A stretch of DNA of 64,000 bases from Blastocatellia bacterium. Its GTDB lineage: Bacteria; Acidobacteriota; Blastocatellia; UBA7656. The translations under genes were made by a program, and so were the position numbers. Location of the stretch: contig CAVXWP010000001.1 in the NCBI GenBank assembly GCA_963765495.1, positions 32,001-96,000 on the forward strand. Reading direction: 5' to 3'. This document shows positions 1 to 9,026 of this stretch, one piece after another; position 1 is the first letter of the stretch, and each line of letters begins with the position of its first letter. The notes below the pieces were generated by a model. It was not told the DNA's origin. It saw nothing but the letters and a program-made list of their open reading frames with translations, and did not search any database.

Positions 1-2309
1 TTTTGCGGGTTTTCCGGGTCATAAGCCGAGCCAATATACTTCTTTAAATTTCGGGCGGCTCTGAATAATTTCCTGGCAGCCGCTTTGCGATAACAGATAG
101 CTTCACCCAATCCCTTGCGTGTGGCGGGTATTATGGCAAGCAATGCATCGCACGAATCGACCGGCGATATTCGCTCCTCACGCGCAAAAACCTGTAAAAC
201 CAGCGTATCCGGCTCAGCTATACCCTGATTGAGCAATTCTTTACAGGGAAGAAAATCCACTGCAATCGAATCCGGCAACATCTGTTCACTGATATCTTTC
301 TCAAGCAACCAGTCCCAGTCATATTTTTGAGTGGTTGACGAGACGTGGCCCGCCAGTCTCTCAAGCTCGACTTCGGATTTGCCGGACTCAAGGCAATACT
401 CAATCGCGGTTGCCTCTACGAGGCGGGCTTCTGACACTTCGATAGGCAGTGCCACGGCTTTGTTTGTTGAGGCGGAAAGGTAAACCTCTACGAGCCTGCG
501 ACATTTAGCACGTTCGCAGTATTCAAAGGCTCGTGCAGCCCAATCTTTATCCGGTTCTCTTAATTGCAACTCCAGCAGCGTTTCGATCAAATAGCCGTAG
601 ACATCCTGATGTTCGTGAAGCAACACGGCGCGGGCAAGGGCTGGTCCGGCATTTGGTCGAATCTTCTCTATGATTTCAACCGCCTGTTCGAGGTCACGAC
701 AGGCAGCGCGGAGATTGCCCATTTTTCTAAATGCCATACCGCGACGAGAGTGAGCGAGGATCATTTCCATCTCATCGCCTAGCTGCCGGGCTGACAACAC
801 GGCATGCCCCAATAGCTGGATTGCTTTATTCAGAGCTTCCGGCTTGATGACATTCCCAGATGCATCGAGCGAGATGTTGATCCTGCTCAATCCCGAAATG
901 CTCAAATCCTGCGAGAATCCGCCGCTCCCGATTGAATCCAGAAGCGATTGTTGCTCTTCATAATGTTGCACCGCCTGTTCGAATTTCCCTTTTTTCCAAC
1001 AGATCTCAGCAATGCAGCCGATCTGTCTGGCCTCTGCGATTACCACTCTTTTTTCTTTGGTTGGCAACTTGCTCACTAAGGACAGCGCTTGACGATGGCA
1101 GGCCAGGGCACAGTCGAGCCATGAATCTCCATCAATGTGCAGTCCCTGCTTTCTCAAAATTGTGATGTTGTGGGCAGCACTAAAGCTTTGCCACCACATC
1201 TCGTCTATCTGATCGGAGAGTCGCGCAAGCGTTTGATAGATCAGACCCTTATTCCCCCAGGCGTTTGCGGCCATCAGGATGTTTCCTAACTGGACAAAGA
1301 TTTTTATTGCTTCGTCCAGGTGGTCAAGAGCATCCTGACGACCCGAGGTCCATCGGGTTTCCATGTATATATGACTCAATTCGTTGTGACAGTCTGCTTG
1401 CCCGTGCAAATCATAAGACTTAATCGTCAAATCCAGGGCTTCTTCGTAAAGCTCACAGGCAAGTCGAAATTCAGCTAACGGCGCACAACTCTTGGCAAGG
1501 CTGCGCGCGCAAGTAGCGATATGCCTGACCTCTTTCTCTTGTCGATAGATTTCCAGCGCCCGCATATAGTGATCGCGCGCTTTTTTCCAGCGCTGTAGCC
1601 TCTGACTATCAAACCCGCGCATCTCCTCTAATACAGCGGTTCTAAGATGGTTCTCTCGGATCGCGACGATCTCTTTCACTTGATCTGGCGAGCGGGCATC
1701 CACCGCTCCAAACCAAACCAGCAGCGTGCCCGGATTATTTCTTTCGACCTCAAGTAAATGCCTGGCCAGTTTCTGATGTTCCTGCCGGTTAAGCGAAGCG
1801 CGGGGAATGAGTAGGACCGTTCCATCTACACCCGACTGAATAAACAGATCGGATGAGAAACCCGCAAAACGACGTAGAGTGGCAAAGAAACTATATTGAA
1901 ATGGTGTTGTTAGGCGTAAATCTTCGCCTCCAATAGATAATAAAACCGACTTCCTCTTCGACAAACTCAATAGTTGGCGGAAGCTCCAGGGAAGTTCCGA
2001 GACACGGGCGATTTCTTTCCATTTTACGCCCCCTCGCCTCTGATTATCAGTAAGATGATGCGCAAGCCTTTGAGAGCCTATTCGGAGGCCCTCGTCGTCA
2101 ATCACGATGCGGAATGAAAACAGGTATACGTCTATCGCAAGTCTGCAAGCAAAAACAACAGCAACAGCCAGGATGGCGATCATATGCCACCTGGGGAAGA
2201 GCATCCACAATATAGCCGCGCAAACGGTACAAATAGCTCCCGTTAACGCGGCCCGCCCGAGGAGCTTGCCCCCAATGGAGGGGGTGGATTCAGGGTTTGA
2301 AGCAGTCAT
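1..2309 (-). CDS. Membrane-anchored TPR protein, probable TPR-CHAT (caspase-like) protease; 3' end outside window
   Basis: Not in the ORF track. I translated it by hand: ATG at 2309 overlaps the stop of the upstream gene, and the frame is open to base 1. It starts MTASNPESTPSIGGKLLGRAALTGAICTVCAAILWMLFPRWHMIAILAVAVVFAC (2 hydrophobic helices), followed by FRIVIDDEGLRIG...VKWKEIARV (bacterial PH-like), TPR-like helices (ARDHYMRALEIY, ANAWGNKGLIYQ, GKFEQAVQHY) and AARAFEYCERAKCRRLVE, the motif that typically precedes a CHAT domain. The catalytic His/Cys region is not visible. Confidence 0.8.
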   Translation of the reverse strand, partial: MTASNPESTPSIGGKLLGRAALTGAICTVCAAILWMLFPRWHMIAILAVAVVFACRLAIDVYLFSFRIVIDDEGLRIGSQRLAHHLTDNQRRGGVKWKEIARVSELPWSFRQLLSLSKRKSVLLSIGGEDLRLTTPFQYSFFATLRRFAGFSSDLFIQSGVDGTVLLIPRASLNRQEHQKLARHLLEVERNNPGTLLVWFGAVDARSPDQVKEIVAIRENHLRTAVLEEMRGFDSQRLQRWKKARDHYMRALEIYRQEKEVRHIATCARSLAKSCAPLAEFRLACELYEEALDLTIKSYDLHGQADCHNELSHIYMETRWTSGRQDALDHLDEAIKIFVQLGNILMAANAWGNKGLIYQTLARLSDQIDEMWWQSFSAAHNITILRKQGLHIDGDSWLDCALACHRQALSLVSKLPTKEKRVVIAEARQIGCIAEICWKKGKFEQAVQHYEEQQSLLDSIGSGGFSQDLSISGLSRINISLDASGNVIKPEALNKAIQLLGHAVLSARQLGDEMEMILAHSRRGMAFRKMGNLRAACRDLEQAVEIIEKIRPNAGPALARAVLLHEHQDVYGYLIETLLELQLREPDKDWAARAFEYCERAKCRRLVEVYLSASTNKAVALPIEVSEARLVEATAIEYCLESGKSEVELERLAGHVSSTTQKYDWDWLLEKDISEQMLPDSIAVDFLPCKELLNQGIAEPDTLVLQVFAREERISPVDSCDALLAIIPATRKGLGEAICYRKAAARKLFRAARNLKKYIGSAYDPENPQ

Positions 2310-2992
2310 ACCAGTCTATCTCGTACGCACATGGATTGCGCCCAGGGAATTAGAATGAAGGGGTAGAGTAAGCCGAAGAATGCCCCCGACCACCAGGCTA
2401 TGTGCAGTATCATACATTGAATAATGCCTGTGATTATCCCTACGGCGAGCGGTAGGGATCTATAGAGAAGAAACCCCATTTCCTGTTTTCCTCGCTGTTG
2501 GAAAACGTCAGCGGCTCTCACCGCGAAACAAATAAGCATGCCCGATGCCATACCACCACCAAGCGTCAATAGACCGGCCTTCATAGCCGGATAATTTTTC
2601 ACGGATTCGGCCCCGCCGAATCCGATGACGAACTGGAAAATAGACAGAATCGACCAGACCATCGAACCGGTGCTGGAATAATGCCAGAGCGATCCGAGAA
2701 ACGATTCGACCTTGCGATTTCCTTTCCCCAATTTGGTAAATAGAGCAGCGAAAAACATGCCGACGGTGAAACCGAATGCTAATGGAACAAAGAAGATGAG
2801 AGTCTTCTTGCCGAGAGATACGTCCTGCAATGAGGTGGAATTCCATAGCACATCCATCGGTATTTCCAGCAGATGGCAAAACAGATAGAGGCTGGATAGG
2901 CTCGCGCTGATAAAGCCCAAGAAGAACCCGAAACGCATGTAAACCGGGCTTGCCTCACCTGAATTTATATCCGATTCTGCATTTCTGGACAC
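2306..2992 (-). CDS. Multi-pass membrane protein of unknown function
   Basis: 228-aa ORF with about 6-7 hydrophobic segments; its stop overlaps the ATG of the TPR gene (ATGA coupling). Confidence 0.75.
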   Translation of the reverse strand: MSRNAESDINSGEASPVYMRFGFFLGFISASLSSLYLFCHLLEIPMDVLWNSTSLQDVSLGKKTLIFFVPLAFGFTVGMFFAALFTKLGKGNRKVESFLGSLWHYSSTGSMVWSILSIFQFVIGFGGAESVKNYPAMKAGLLTLGGGMASGMLICFAVRAADVFQQRGKQEMGFLLYRSLPLAVGIITGIIQCMILHIAWWSGAFFGLLYPFILIPWAQSMCVRDRLV

Positions 2993-3049
2993 TTATGATC
3001 CTCTTTTCCCGTTCAGCGTCACAAACGCCTACGGTCAAAAGTCGTGTGA

Positions 3050-3706
3050 CTATGGGCATACAATTACGATTATCTGCTCAAGGGGGAGAGCCTCGAAATA
3101 AGCAACCCAACACTCTTTTTCACAAATGCTGCTGGGGTCCTGAGCCCTTTCGCGGATATATCGCGATTCTTTTTCCGGTTCTGTGGTGATAATTTGCCCA
3201 TCTTCCAACAAAAGCTCGATGTGCGGAGGAGTCTGTTCAAAGTTGTTTTCGCAAGGAACAACTACGGTGATCATTCTCTCGCTATCCAGAGCTTCAAGCA
3301 TTGATCCTGTCGGCACCTGCTCTGATGGCAGGAAATCCATTTCGCCACGCTCGACCGTGTCGATTGACTGCTCCCCCGCTGCTCTCGCGTTTATCTCTGC
3401 CATTGCGTAACTGGGCAGGGGCGTGAAGAGGTTGGGCCTATTAAAGTTCACCACAATAGCTGCCACCGCGCGCTTTGCCTGCGCCTCCCGGTCAGCTTTG
3501 GCCAGGGCAAGTCCCTGCAATGTTTCCGCATAGGATTGAGCAGATAAATGCCGTAAAGCAGAGAACATTCTTGCATTGTCTAGGCAACCCGGGCAATCGG
3601 TGAAGTGATGCTCTAAATCAATTTCGCCGCTCTCGGATAGCCTCGCCGCAAAGTAGTCCTCTAACTCATCCACAGTTATATGGTCCCTACCTCTTTCCTC
3701 GCTCAT
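3050..3706 (-). CDS. Zinc-finger (zf-HC2/ZAS) anti-sigma factor, soluble
   Basis: HITVDELEDYFAARLSESGEIDLEHHFTDCPGC fits the ZAS H...HxxxCxxC pattern; directly downstream of a sigma gene; no clear TM helix. Start moved to MSEERG. Confidence 0.75.
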   Translation of the reverse strand: MSEERGRDHITVDELEDYFAARLSESGEIDLEHHFTDCPGCLDNARMFSALRHLSAQSYAETLQGLALAKADREAQAKRAVAAIVVNFNRPNLFTPLPSYAMAEINARAAGEQSIDTVERGEMDFLPSEQVPTGSMLEALDSERMITVVVPCENNFEQTPPHIELLLEDGQIITTEPEKESRYIRERAQDPSSICEKECWVAYFEALPLEQIIVIVCP

Positions 3707-3778
3707 AAAGCCTTCTTTCGTTAATACAGTTGCCGAAAGGGTTTCTCGCAACCTGGATCGAGAAAATTCCGGCAGAAG

Positions 3779-5044
3779 TCACTTTGACCGTTTTCGGGCC
3801 AACTCTCGTATAAGACGCCTAAATACGGCATTCCACCAACGCACAACGTCATCACAGGCTTTTTTTTTGTATTCCTTTGCCTCCGGCGTATTCTCAGGTT
3901 TGTGGGTGTAGTACTCTCGTAGAAACGTCCCTCCTACGACACGCTCTGCCAAGTCCAGGTAAATTCCCAGCGTCTTGGGCGGTATACCTGCATCTTTGAG
4001 AAGCAGAGGCATCCGAGCGCGAAGTGATTCGAACAACTCGAGCGTTTTTTGATCCGATACTATTTGATGGAACTCTTCTTCGAGGCGGCTCTCAAGCTCT
4101 CTTAGGTCAATATCAGATAATTCCTCCACCACTTCGCCGGGTTTCCATTCCAAGAGTTTACAGAAGCCGAAAACGATTGACTGATGCGGTGGATTGGGGC
4201 TTCCGCAAGCTATTCGAATAGCATTTTTGTATAATGAAAGGCGCATAATAGCGTCTTCGTTTTCACGAAGGTGCGGTTGTGCAATGCGCTCAATTATTTC
4301 TGTATCATCGTCTCGAAATTCTGCGTCTGGAAAACGTGCGGAGAACTCGCTAAATAGTTCGTGGACCTTTGCCCGGTCTTTTCGTACTTTGAAGAAACGC
4401 AACAACTCGTAGTGAGCCCTTTGTTTGGCAAAAGAGAGAAAACTTCCATGTACATGGTCGTAATTCTTTAAATTTTTCAAGACAGCGACCCACGCATCCT
4501 GAGCTATATCCTCAGCGTCCTGATTGTTATAGACGTGACTTTCTATGTATACCTTAATTTCGCGGTAATAACGTTCGCCCAAGATGTCTAAACTGGCTTG
4601 ATTTCCATTCTTAGCGTCCACGGCGGTTAAAACGTCATCCAGGTCTATCGTGCTTATGTTTCGCCACCACCTATCAAGATGCTCCTTTCCGGCGTCTATA
4701 CTATATGCTCCCAGAGTAGTATTACCCGTAACCTGAGTCAGTAGATTTTTGTAAACGGTTATAATCTTCTTGTTATTGGTGGTCTGTTCCAGAGGGAGGC
4801 TAAGTCTTTGGCGCAGGCTATCGAGGCTGTTAGTATCAAAAATACTTGGAAATCTTTTTTTGCACTCGCTGTCGATTTGATCCACGAGATTGGCGAGAGT
4901 TTTGTCAAAGATTTCTTTCTCGATACTTGACTTTTCCCGCCAGCCAAACAGCTTAATGAAGGTAAAGGCTATTACAAGATGTGGGGGGCTGGGGCTGGAA
5001 AATGTTACCCGCAGCATCTCTTGTTGATTTGGGGCCATCATCAT
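3779..5044 (-). CDS. Atypical ECF-like sigma-70 factor (sigma2 flanked by a duplicated divergent domain)
   Basis: Central sigma2 motif NQDAEDIAQDAWVAVLKNLKNYDHVHGSFLSF; N- and C-terminal segments are homologous to each other (SPSPPHLVIAFTFIKLFGW vs SPNPPHQSIVFGFCKLLEW). Confidence 0.75.
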   Translation of the reverse strand: MMMAPNQQEMLRVTFSSPSPPHLVIAFTFIKLFGWREKSSIEKEIFDKTLANLVDQIDSECKKRFPSIFDTNSLDSLRQRLSLPLEQTTNNKKIITVYKNLLTQVTGNTTLGAYSIDAGKEHLDRWWRNISTIDLDDVLTAVDAKNGNQASLDILGERYYREIKVYIESHVYNNQDAEDIAQDAWVAVLKNLKNYDHVHGSFLSFAKQRAHYELLRFFKVRKDRAKVHELFSEFSARFPDAEFRDDDTEIIERIAQPHLRENEDAIMRLSLYKNAIRIACGSPNPPHQSIVFGFCKLLEWKPGEVVEELSDIDLRELESRLEEEFHQIVSDQKTLELFESLRARMPLLLKDAGIPPKTLGIYLDLAERVVGGTFLREYYTHKPENTPEAKEYKKKACDDVVRWWNAVFRRLIRELARKRSK

Positions 5045-5992
5045 CGCTCCGCTGCTCTTTGAAGTTCAAACAATCAGTAAAGATCAATGTCTGTTTAGAA
5101 AGCTGCTACTCGAACTCATGTGACGCAACGAAGGTGTGTAGGTACTGAAGCTCGAGGCGGCCGATGCGATTATATACCTACTCGAGAAAATAACCAATAA
5201 GGGGTTACCCTGAGTCATGCCCAGCGAAAATAAAAGCCTGTAGCTTTGCTATCAAAAAGCAAGTTTAGAAACTTGGCTGATTCTCTCAGTAATTTCAATG
5301 CTATCTGTACCCACGACAACACTACTCGCTTCTTTTTTCGGGTGCAGAATTTATCTCTGTAGCCAGCCTTATTTCCTCGCTTGAATTCAAGTTTCGAAAA
5401 GACATCGATATAACGACAATATTATTGCTCTAAGCGAGCCAAGATCGAGGTTCATTAAACGGATAATGACAAGGAGGATGAGGCTTCGATAAGAGAGGGG
5501 CGAAGTGTTGGAGTCCTTCAAGGCTGTATGCAGTGCGCAAGGTTGTTGGTTGCTGCCAAATTTATCCGGCATTGATTGCAGAAATTCACGAGTAATCACT
5601 CGTGCTTCTATTCATGGTCCCTATCCCCTTTTGCGAATCCATCTCTCTCAAATTTCTATAATATGGCCGGTTCTTTGTCCTAAAGTCTGCATTAACAAAT
5701 AAGTCCGGCCCGAAGCAATGCGGGACAGCTAAGATATATACGCTTGTGTGTGATGGCCTACTGTATTTTGGGGTAGCGGCGCATGGCCGCGAGACGACGA
5801 TCTACAAACTGAGGCGTCCATAATTTTAGTAGGAGATGCCATCTAAATCGCTCTTGTTTGAAACATTTACATTTGCTGATTAACTTCTGATCAGGTTTGA
5901 TCCGCGAAAACCGCCCGCCCCGTGGTAGTCTCGGATCATTTAAGATTAGATTGCTTTGGAGATTTGCTTTTATCAATCTTTTGCTTTTCGAT

Positions 5993-7282
5993 TTAGCTGG
6001 TCGCAGATCCCGAATGTAAATCAACTTTCTGGTCCCGGACCTCGCGCAGTCGCCGCTCGAGAAATCGGCGCTCGCTATCATTGGTGACTAACGCCAGCGC
6101 CAGTTCGTAGCTCTGAGCCGCCTGTAGAAAAGAGCCCGCGCGGCGTAACAGATCGGCTCGCGCGGCATAAAACAGGTGATAGTCCTCAAGCTCTACAGCG
6201 AGCGCATCCAGGAGAGCGAGTGCTGTTTCAGGTCCTTCTACCATGGCGACCGCCACCGCCCGGTTCAGCGACACTACGGGAGAGGGTTGCAGGCGTTCGA
6301 GCAAGCTGTAAAGCCTGACAATTTGCGGCCAGTTCGTATCTTCGGCTCGCGCCGCCTGACAATGCAGAGCCGCAATCGCCGCCTGCACTCCGAACGGCCC
6401 GGGACCACCCTGTAGCGATTCCTCGACGAGCGGAAGTGCCTCGGCGATCTGCTGTCTGTTCCACAGGCGGCGGTCCTGCTCTTCAAGCAGTACGAGATCG
6501 CCGTCTCGATCAAGACGGGCATCACGCCTTGAATCGTGCAGCAACATCAGAGCGACCAGACCCGTCACTTCCGCTGGAGCGCGGGGCGTCATCAACCCCC
6601 TCACGAGATGCCCGAGACGTATGGCCTCGGCGCAGAGATCGGTCCTCATAAGCGGCTCGCCCCGAGTCGCCAGATAACCTTCGTTGAAGATGAGATAGAT
6701 CACTGTCAGCACCGCGTCCAGCCGCGCGGGCATATCGCTTGTATCGGGGACCGTATATGGAATGCCCGCATCACGAATCTTGCGCTTGGCGCGCACGAGC
6801 CGTTGCGCCATCGTCGGCGCGGGGACGAGAAACGCGCGCGCGATTTCATCCGTCTGGAGGCCGCCCAGCATGCGCAGCGTCAGCGCGACCTGTGCCTCCG
6901 GTGCCAGCGCCGGATGACAGCAGGTAAAGATCAGTCGCAGTCGGTCGTCGGGGATTTCGCCGTTATCATAACTCGGTTCTATGCTGGTCGGGATCAGCCC
7001 GGAGGCGGCATACCATTCAAGCTTTTCCTCAATCCGCTTGCGGCGACGGAGACGGTCAATGGCTTTGTATCTGGCTGCCTTGATGATCCACGCGCGCGGA
7101 AACTCAGGGATGCCATCGGTCGGCCATTGATTCACGGCAACTGCAAAGGCTTCCTGCGCCGCCTCTTCGGCGAGGTCGAAGTCGCCAAAAAACCGGATCA
7201 GCGCAGCGATGATCCGGCCCCAATCGGAGCGGTAAACTCCGTCAATCGCGTGGTTTACATCTGTTTTTGCTTCTGGAATCAT
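5993..7282 (-). CDS. ECF42-type RNA polymerase sigma factor with C-terminal TPR-like extension
   Basis: DFDLAEEAAQEAF, DDRLRLIFTCCHPAL, AQRLVRAKRKI, YLIFNEGY and LNRAVA motifs typical of ECF42; adjacent to a YciI/DGPF gene. Confidence 0.9.
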   Translation of the reverse strand: MIPEAKTDVNHAIDGVYRSDWGRIIAALIRFFGDFDLAEEAAQEAFAVAVNQWPTDGIPEFPRAWIIKAARYKAIDRLRRRKRIEEKLEWYAASGLIPTSIEPSYDNGEIPDDRLRLIFTCCHPALAPEAQVALTLRMLGGLQTDEIARAFLVPAPTMAQRLVRAKRKIRDAGIPYTVPDTSDMPARLDAVLTVIYLIFNEGYLATRGEPLMRTDLCAEAIRLGHLVRGLMTPRAPAEVTGLVALMLLHDSRRDARLDRDGDLVLLEEQDRRLWNRQQIAEALPLVEESLQGGPGPFGVQAAIAALHCQAARAEDTNWPQIVRLYSLLERLQPSPVVSLNRAVAVAMVEGPETALALLDALAVELEDYHLFYAARADLLRRAGSFLQAAQSYELALALVTNDSERRFLERRLREVRDQKVDLHSGSATS

Positions 7283-7310
7283 ACTCAATTATAGAGATTT
7301 TCCGGCGTGG

Positions 7311-7337
7311 TGTCGATTTGAGCCCGCGCCGTTCGAC
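7311..7337 (+). promoter_or_regulatory. Putative ECF42-dependent promoter (TGTCGA-N17-CGAC)
   Basis: TGTCGA at 7311 and CGAC at 7334, just upstream of the YciI gene; resembles the ECF42 target motif as I recall it. Confidence 0.6.
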
Positions 7338-7370
7338 TTACTTATGAAGACAAACAATGGAGGCTGGCAA

Positions 7371-7727
7371 ATGAAATACATGCTGCTGATTTATCTCGAA
7401 GAGAATGCCCTGAGCGAAACCGAGCGGGAAGAGTGTTATGTGAAGTCTGCGCAACTCGCGCAAGAACTCCATTCAAAGAGGCAGTTTCTGGCTACCGCTC
7501 CGCTCCATCCCGTGGCGACGGCAACCAGCGTTCGCGTGCGCGACGGCAAAAGGTTTGTGACTGGCGGTCCGTTTGCCGAGACACGCGAACAACTGGGCGG
7601 GTTCTTCCTGATTGATGCCAGGGATCTCGACGAGGCCATCTCAATCGCCGGGCAGATCCCAGGCGCAAGCGTAGGAACTGTCGAAATTCGTCCGGTGATC
7701 GAAGTTTCAGGGGTGCCGGAAAAGTAG
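7371..7727 (+). CDS. YciI/DGPF-family protein
   Basis: MKYMLLIY start with RBS GGAGG; ATSVRVRDGK, GPFAETREQLGGFFLI and VEIRPV motifs. Confidence 0.9.
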   Translation: MKYMLLIYLEENALSETEREECYVKSAQLAQELHSKRQFLATAPLHPVATATSVRVRDGKRFVTGGPFAETREQLGGFFLIDARDLDEAISIAGQIPGASVGTVEIRPVIEVSGVPEK

Positions 7728-7812
7728 TGCCCTTGGCGAGCAGAGACAACGTAAATAAACTTCGCGCTCGGTACGGCGCAAGGGATAACAACCATCAGAC
7801 CGACAAACGGGA

Positions 7813-8229
7813 ATGGCTATGCGGATAAATCCTTATCTCAATTTCAACGGCAATTGCGAGGCGGCGTTCAGTTTCTATGAGCAGTGTCTCGGGGGCAAAA
7901 TCACCATGATGCTCACGCACGGCGACGCGCCCTCGGCAGAACATGTGCCTCCGGAATGGCACAACAAAATCATGCATGCACGCCTCGAACTTGGTGACAG
8001 GGTATTGATGGGCTCTGACAGTCCGCCCGGGTACTTTGAAGAAGCCAGTGGCTTTTATGTGCAGCTTGGGATCGATGACCCGGCAGAGGCGGAACGGGTA
8101 TTTCACGCTCTGGCGGAAAACGGCAAAGTAATAATGCCTATCGATCAAACCTTCTGGTCCTTCCGTTTCGGCATGCTGGTAGATCGATTCGGCATTCCCT
8201 GGATGGTCAACTGTGAGCAGGCTGCGTGA
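7813..8229 (+). CDS. VOC family protein (PhnB-like glyoxalase)
   Basis: INPYLNFNGNCEAAFSFY, IMHARL, LMGSD and FGMLVDRFGIPWMVN motifs. Confidence 0.9.
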   Translation: MAMRINPYLNFNGNCEAAFSFYEQCLGGKITMMLTHGDAPSAEHVPPEWHNKIMHARLELGDRVLMGSDSPPGYFEEASGFYVQLGIDDPAEAERVFHALAENGKVIMPIDQTFWSFRFGMLVDRFGIPWMVNCEQAA

Positions 8230-8345
8230 CTGCTCGACACGGCTTTACATTTAAACAGCCGTTCACCGACGAGACGGCCAATTGGTTTGGTCCAGGTGAA
8301 GGAAATGCGTGATCGCTGAAGAGCGAGAATTAGAAGGAGAAAATC

Positions 8346-8789
8346 ATGTTTGCAAGCAGTGCCGCAAAACAAAGGGTTGTTCAGGTTACGTACTTTTTGC
8401 TCCGCGTCATGGCCGGTTTCTTGTTCGTCCAGACAGGCGGTCTGATATTATTCGGCTGGTTTGGCGGAATGCCCGACCAGCCGAGCCCTCCGCCTATGAT
8501 GTCTCAGGTTGGCATCGGCGGTGTGCTTGAGTTCGTTGGCGGCATTTTGATAATGCTTGGCCTCTTCACTCGACCGGTCGCATTTGTTCTGTCCGGCGTG
8601 ATGGCTGTCGCCTATTGGCAATTTCATGCGCCAAACGGGGGGTGGCCAGTTCAAAACCAGGGCCTGCCTGCCGTTTTGTTCTGTTTTATCTTTCTCTACA
8701 TGGCGGCGCAGGGCGGCGGCACCTGGAGCCTCGACGCGCTGTTGTGGCGCAAACGTCAGGACACAACGAGCGAAGGGGTAATATTATGA
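8346..8789 (+). CDS. DoxX family membrane protein
   Basis: LRVMAGFLF, EFVGGILIMLGLFTRPVA, MAVAYWQFH and GGGTWSLD motifs; RBS AGGAG. Confidence 0.88.
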   Translation: MFASSAAKQRVVQVTYFLLRVMAGFLFVQTGGLILFGWFGGMPDQPSPPPMMSQVGIGGVLEFVGGILIMLGLFTRPVAFVLSGVMAVAYWQFHAPNGGWPVQNQGLPAVLFCFIFLYMAAQGGGTWSLDALLWRKRQDTTSEGVIL

Positions 8790-9026
8790 GCGTAGGAAAG
8801 AGGTCTTCACATCAGGGTCAAAGAGAATTGCTATATTGACATCAATGCCCGCAAGATTGAGAGAGGCTGGCATTCATCTCTGTGGGATTTCGGCAGAACA
8901 ATTCAGTTCTCAAATTGCCCTGCCGAAATTTTAGAAAACTACTGATTGCTTGATGAAAAGGCTTTGCCTTTCTTTGCGACTTTGCGTATGGGCGAGAGCC
9001 TTTTGCTCGCCGAAGGGAGAATCCTG

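Noticed and set aside
218-2358. Short ORFs 218-403, 564-782, 932-1165 and 2107-2358
   Set aside because: They are shadows of the long minus-strand TPR ORF (1-2309).
1-5990. Prophage or integrative element label for the left block
   Set aside because: No integrase, att repeat, tRNA or phage gene is visible; only composition suggests acquisition.
5387-6081. Small ORFs in the AT-rich gap
   Set aside because: No recognisable motifs or convincing RBS, and they overlap each other in conflicting orientations.
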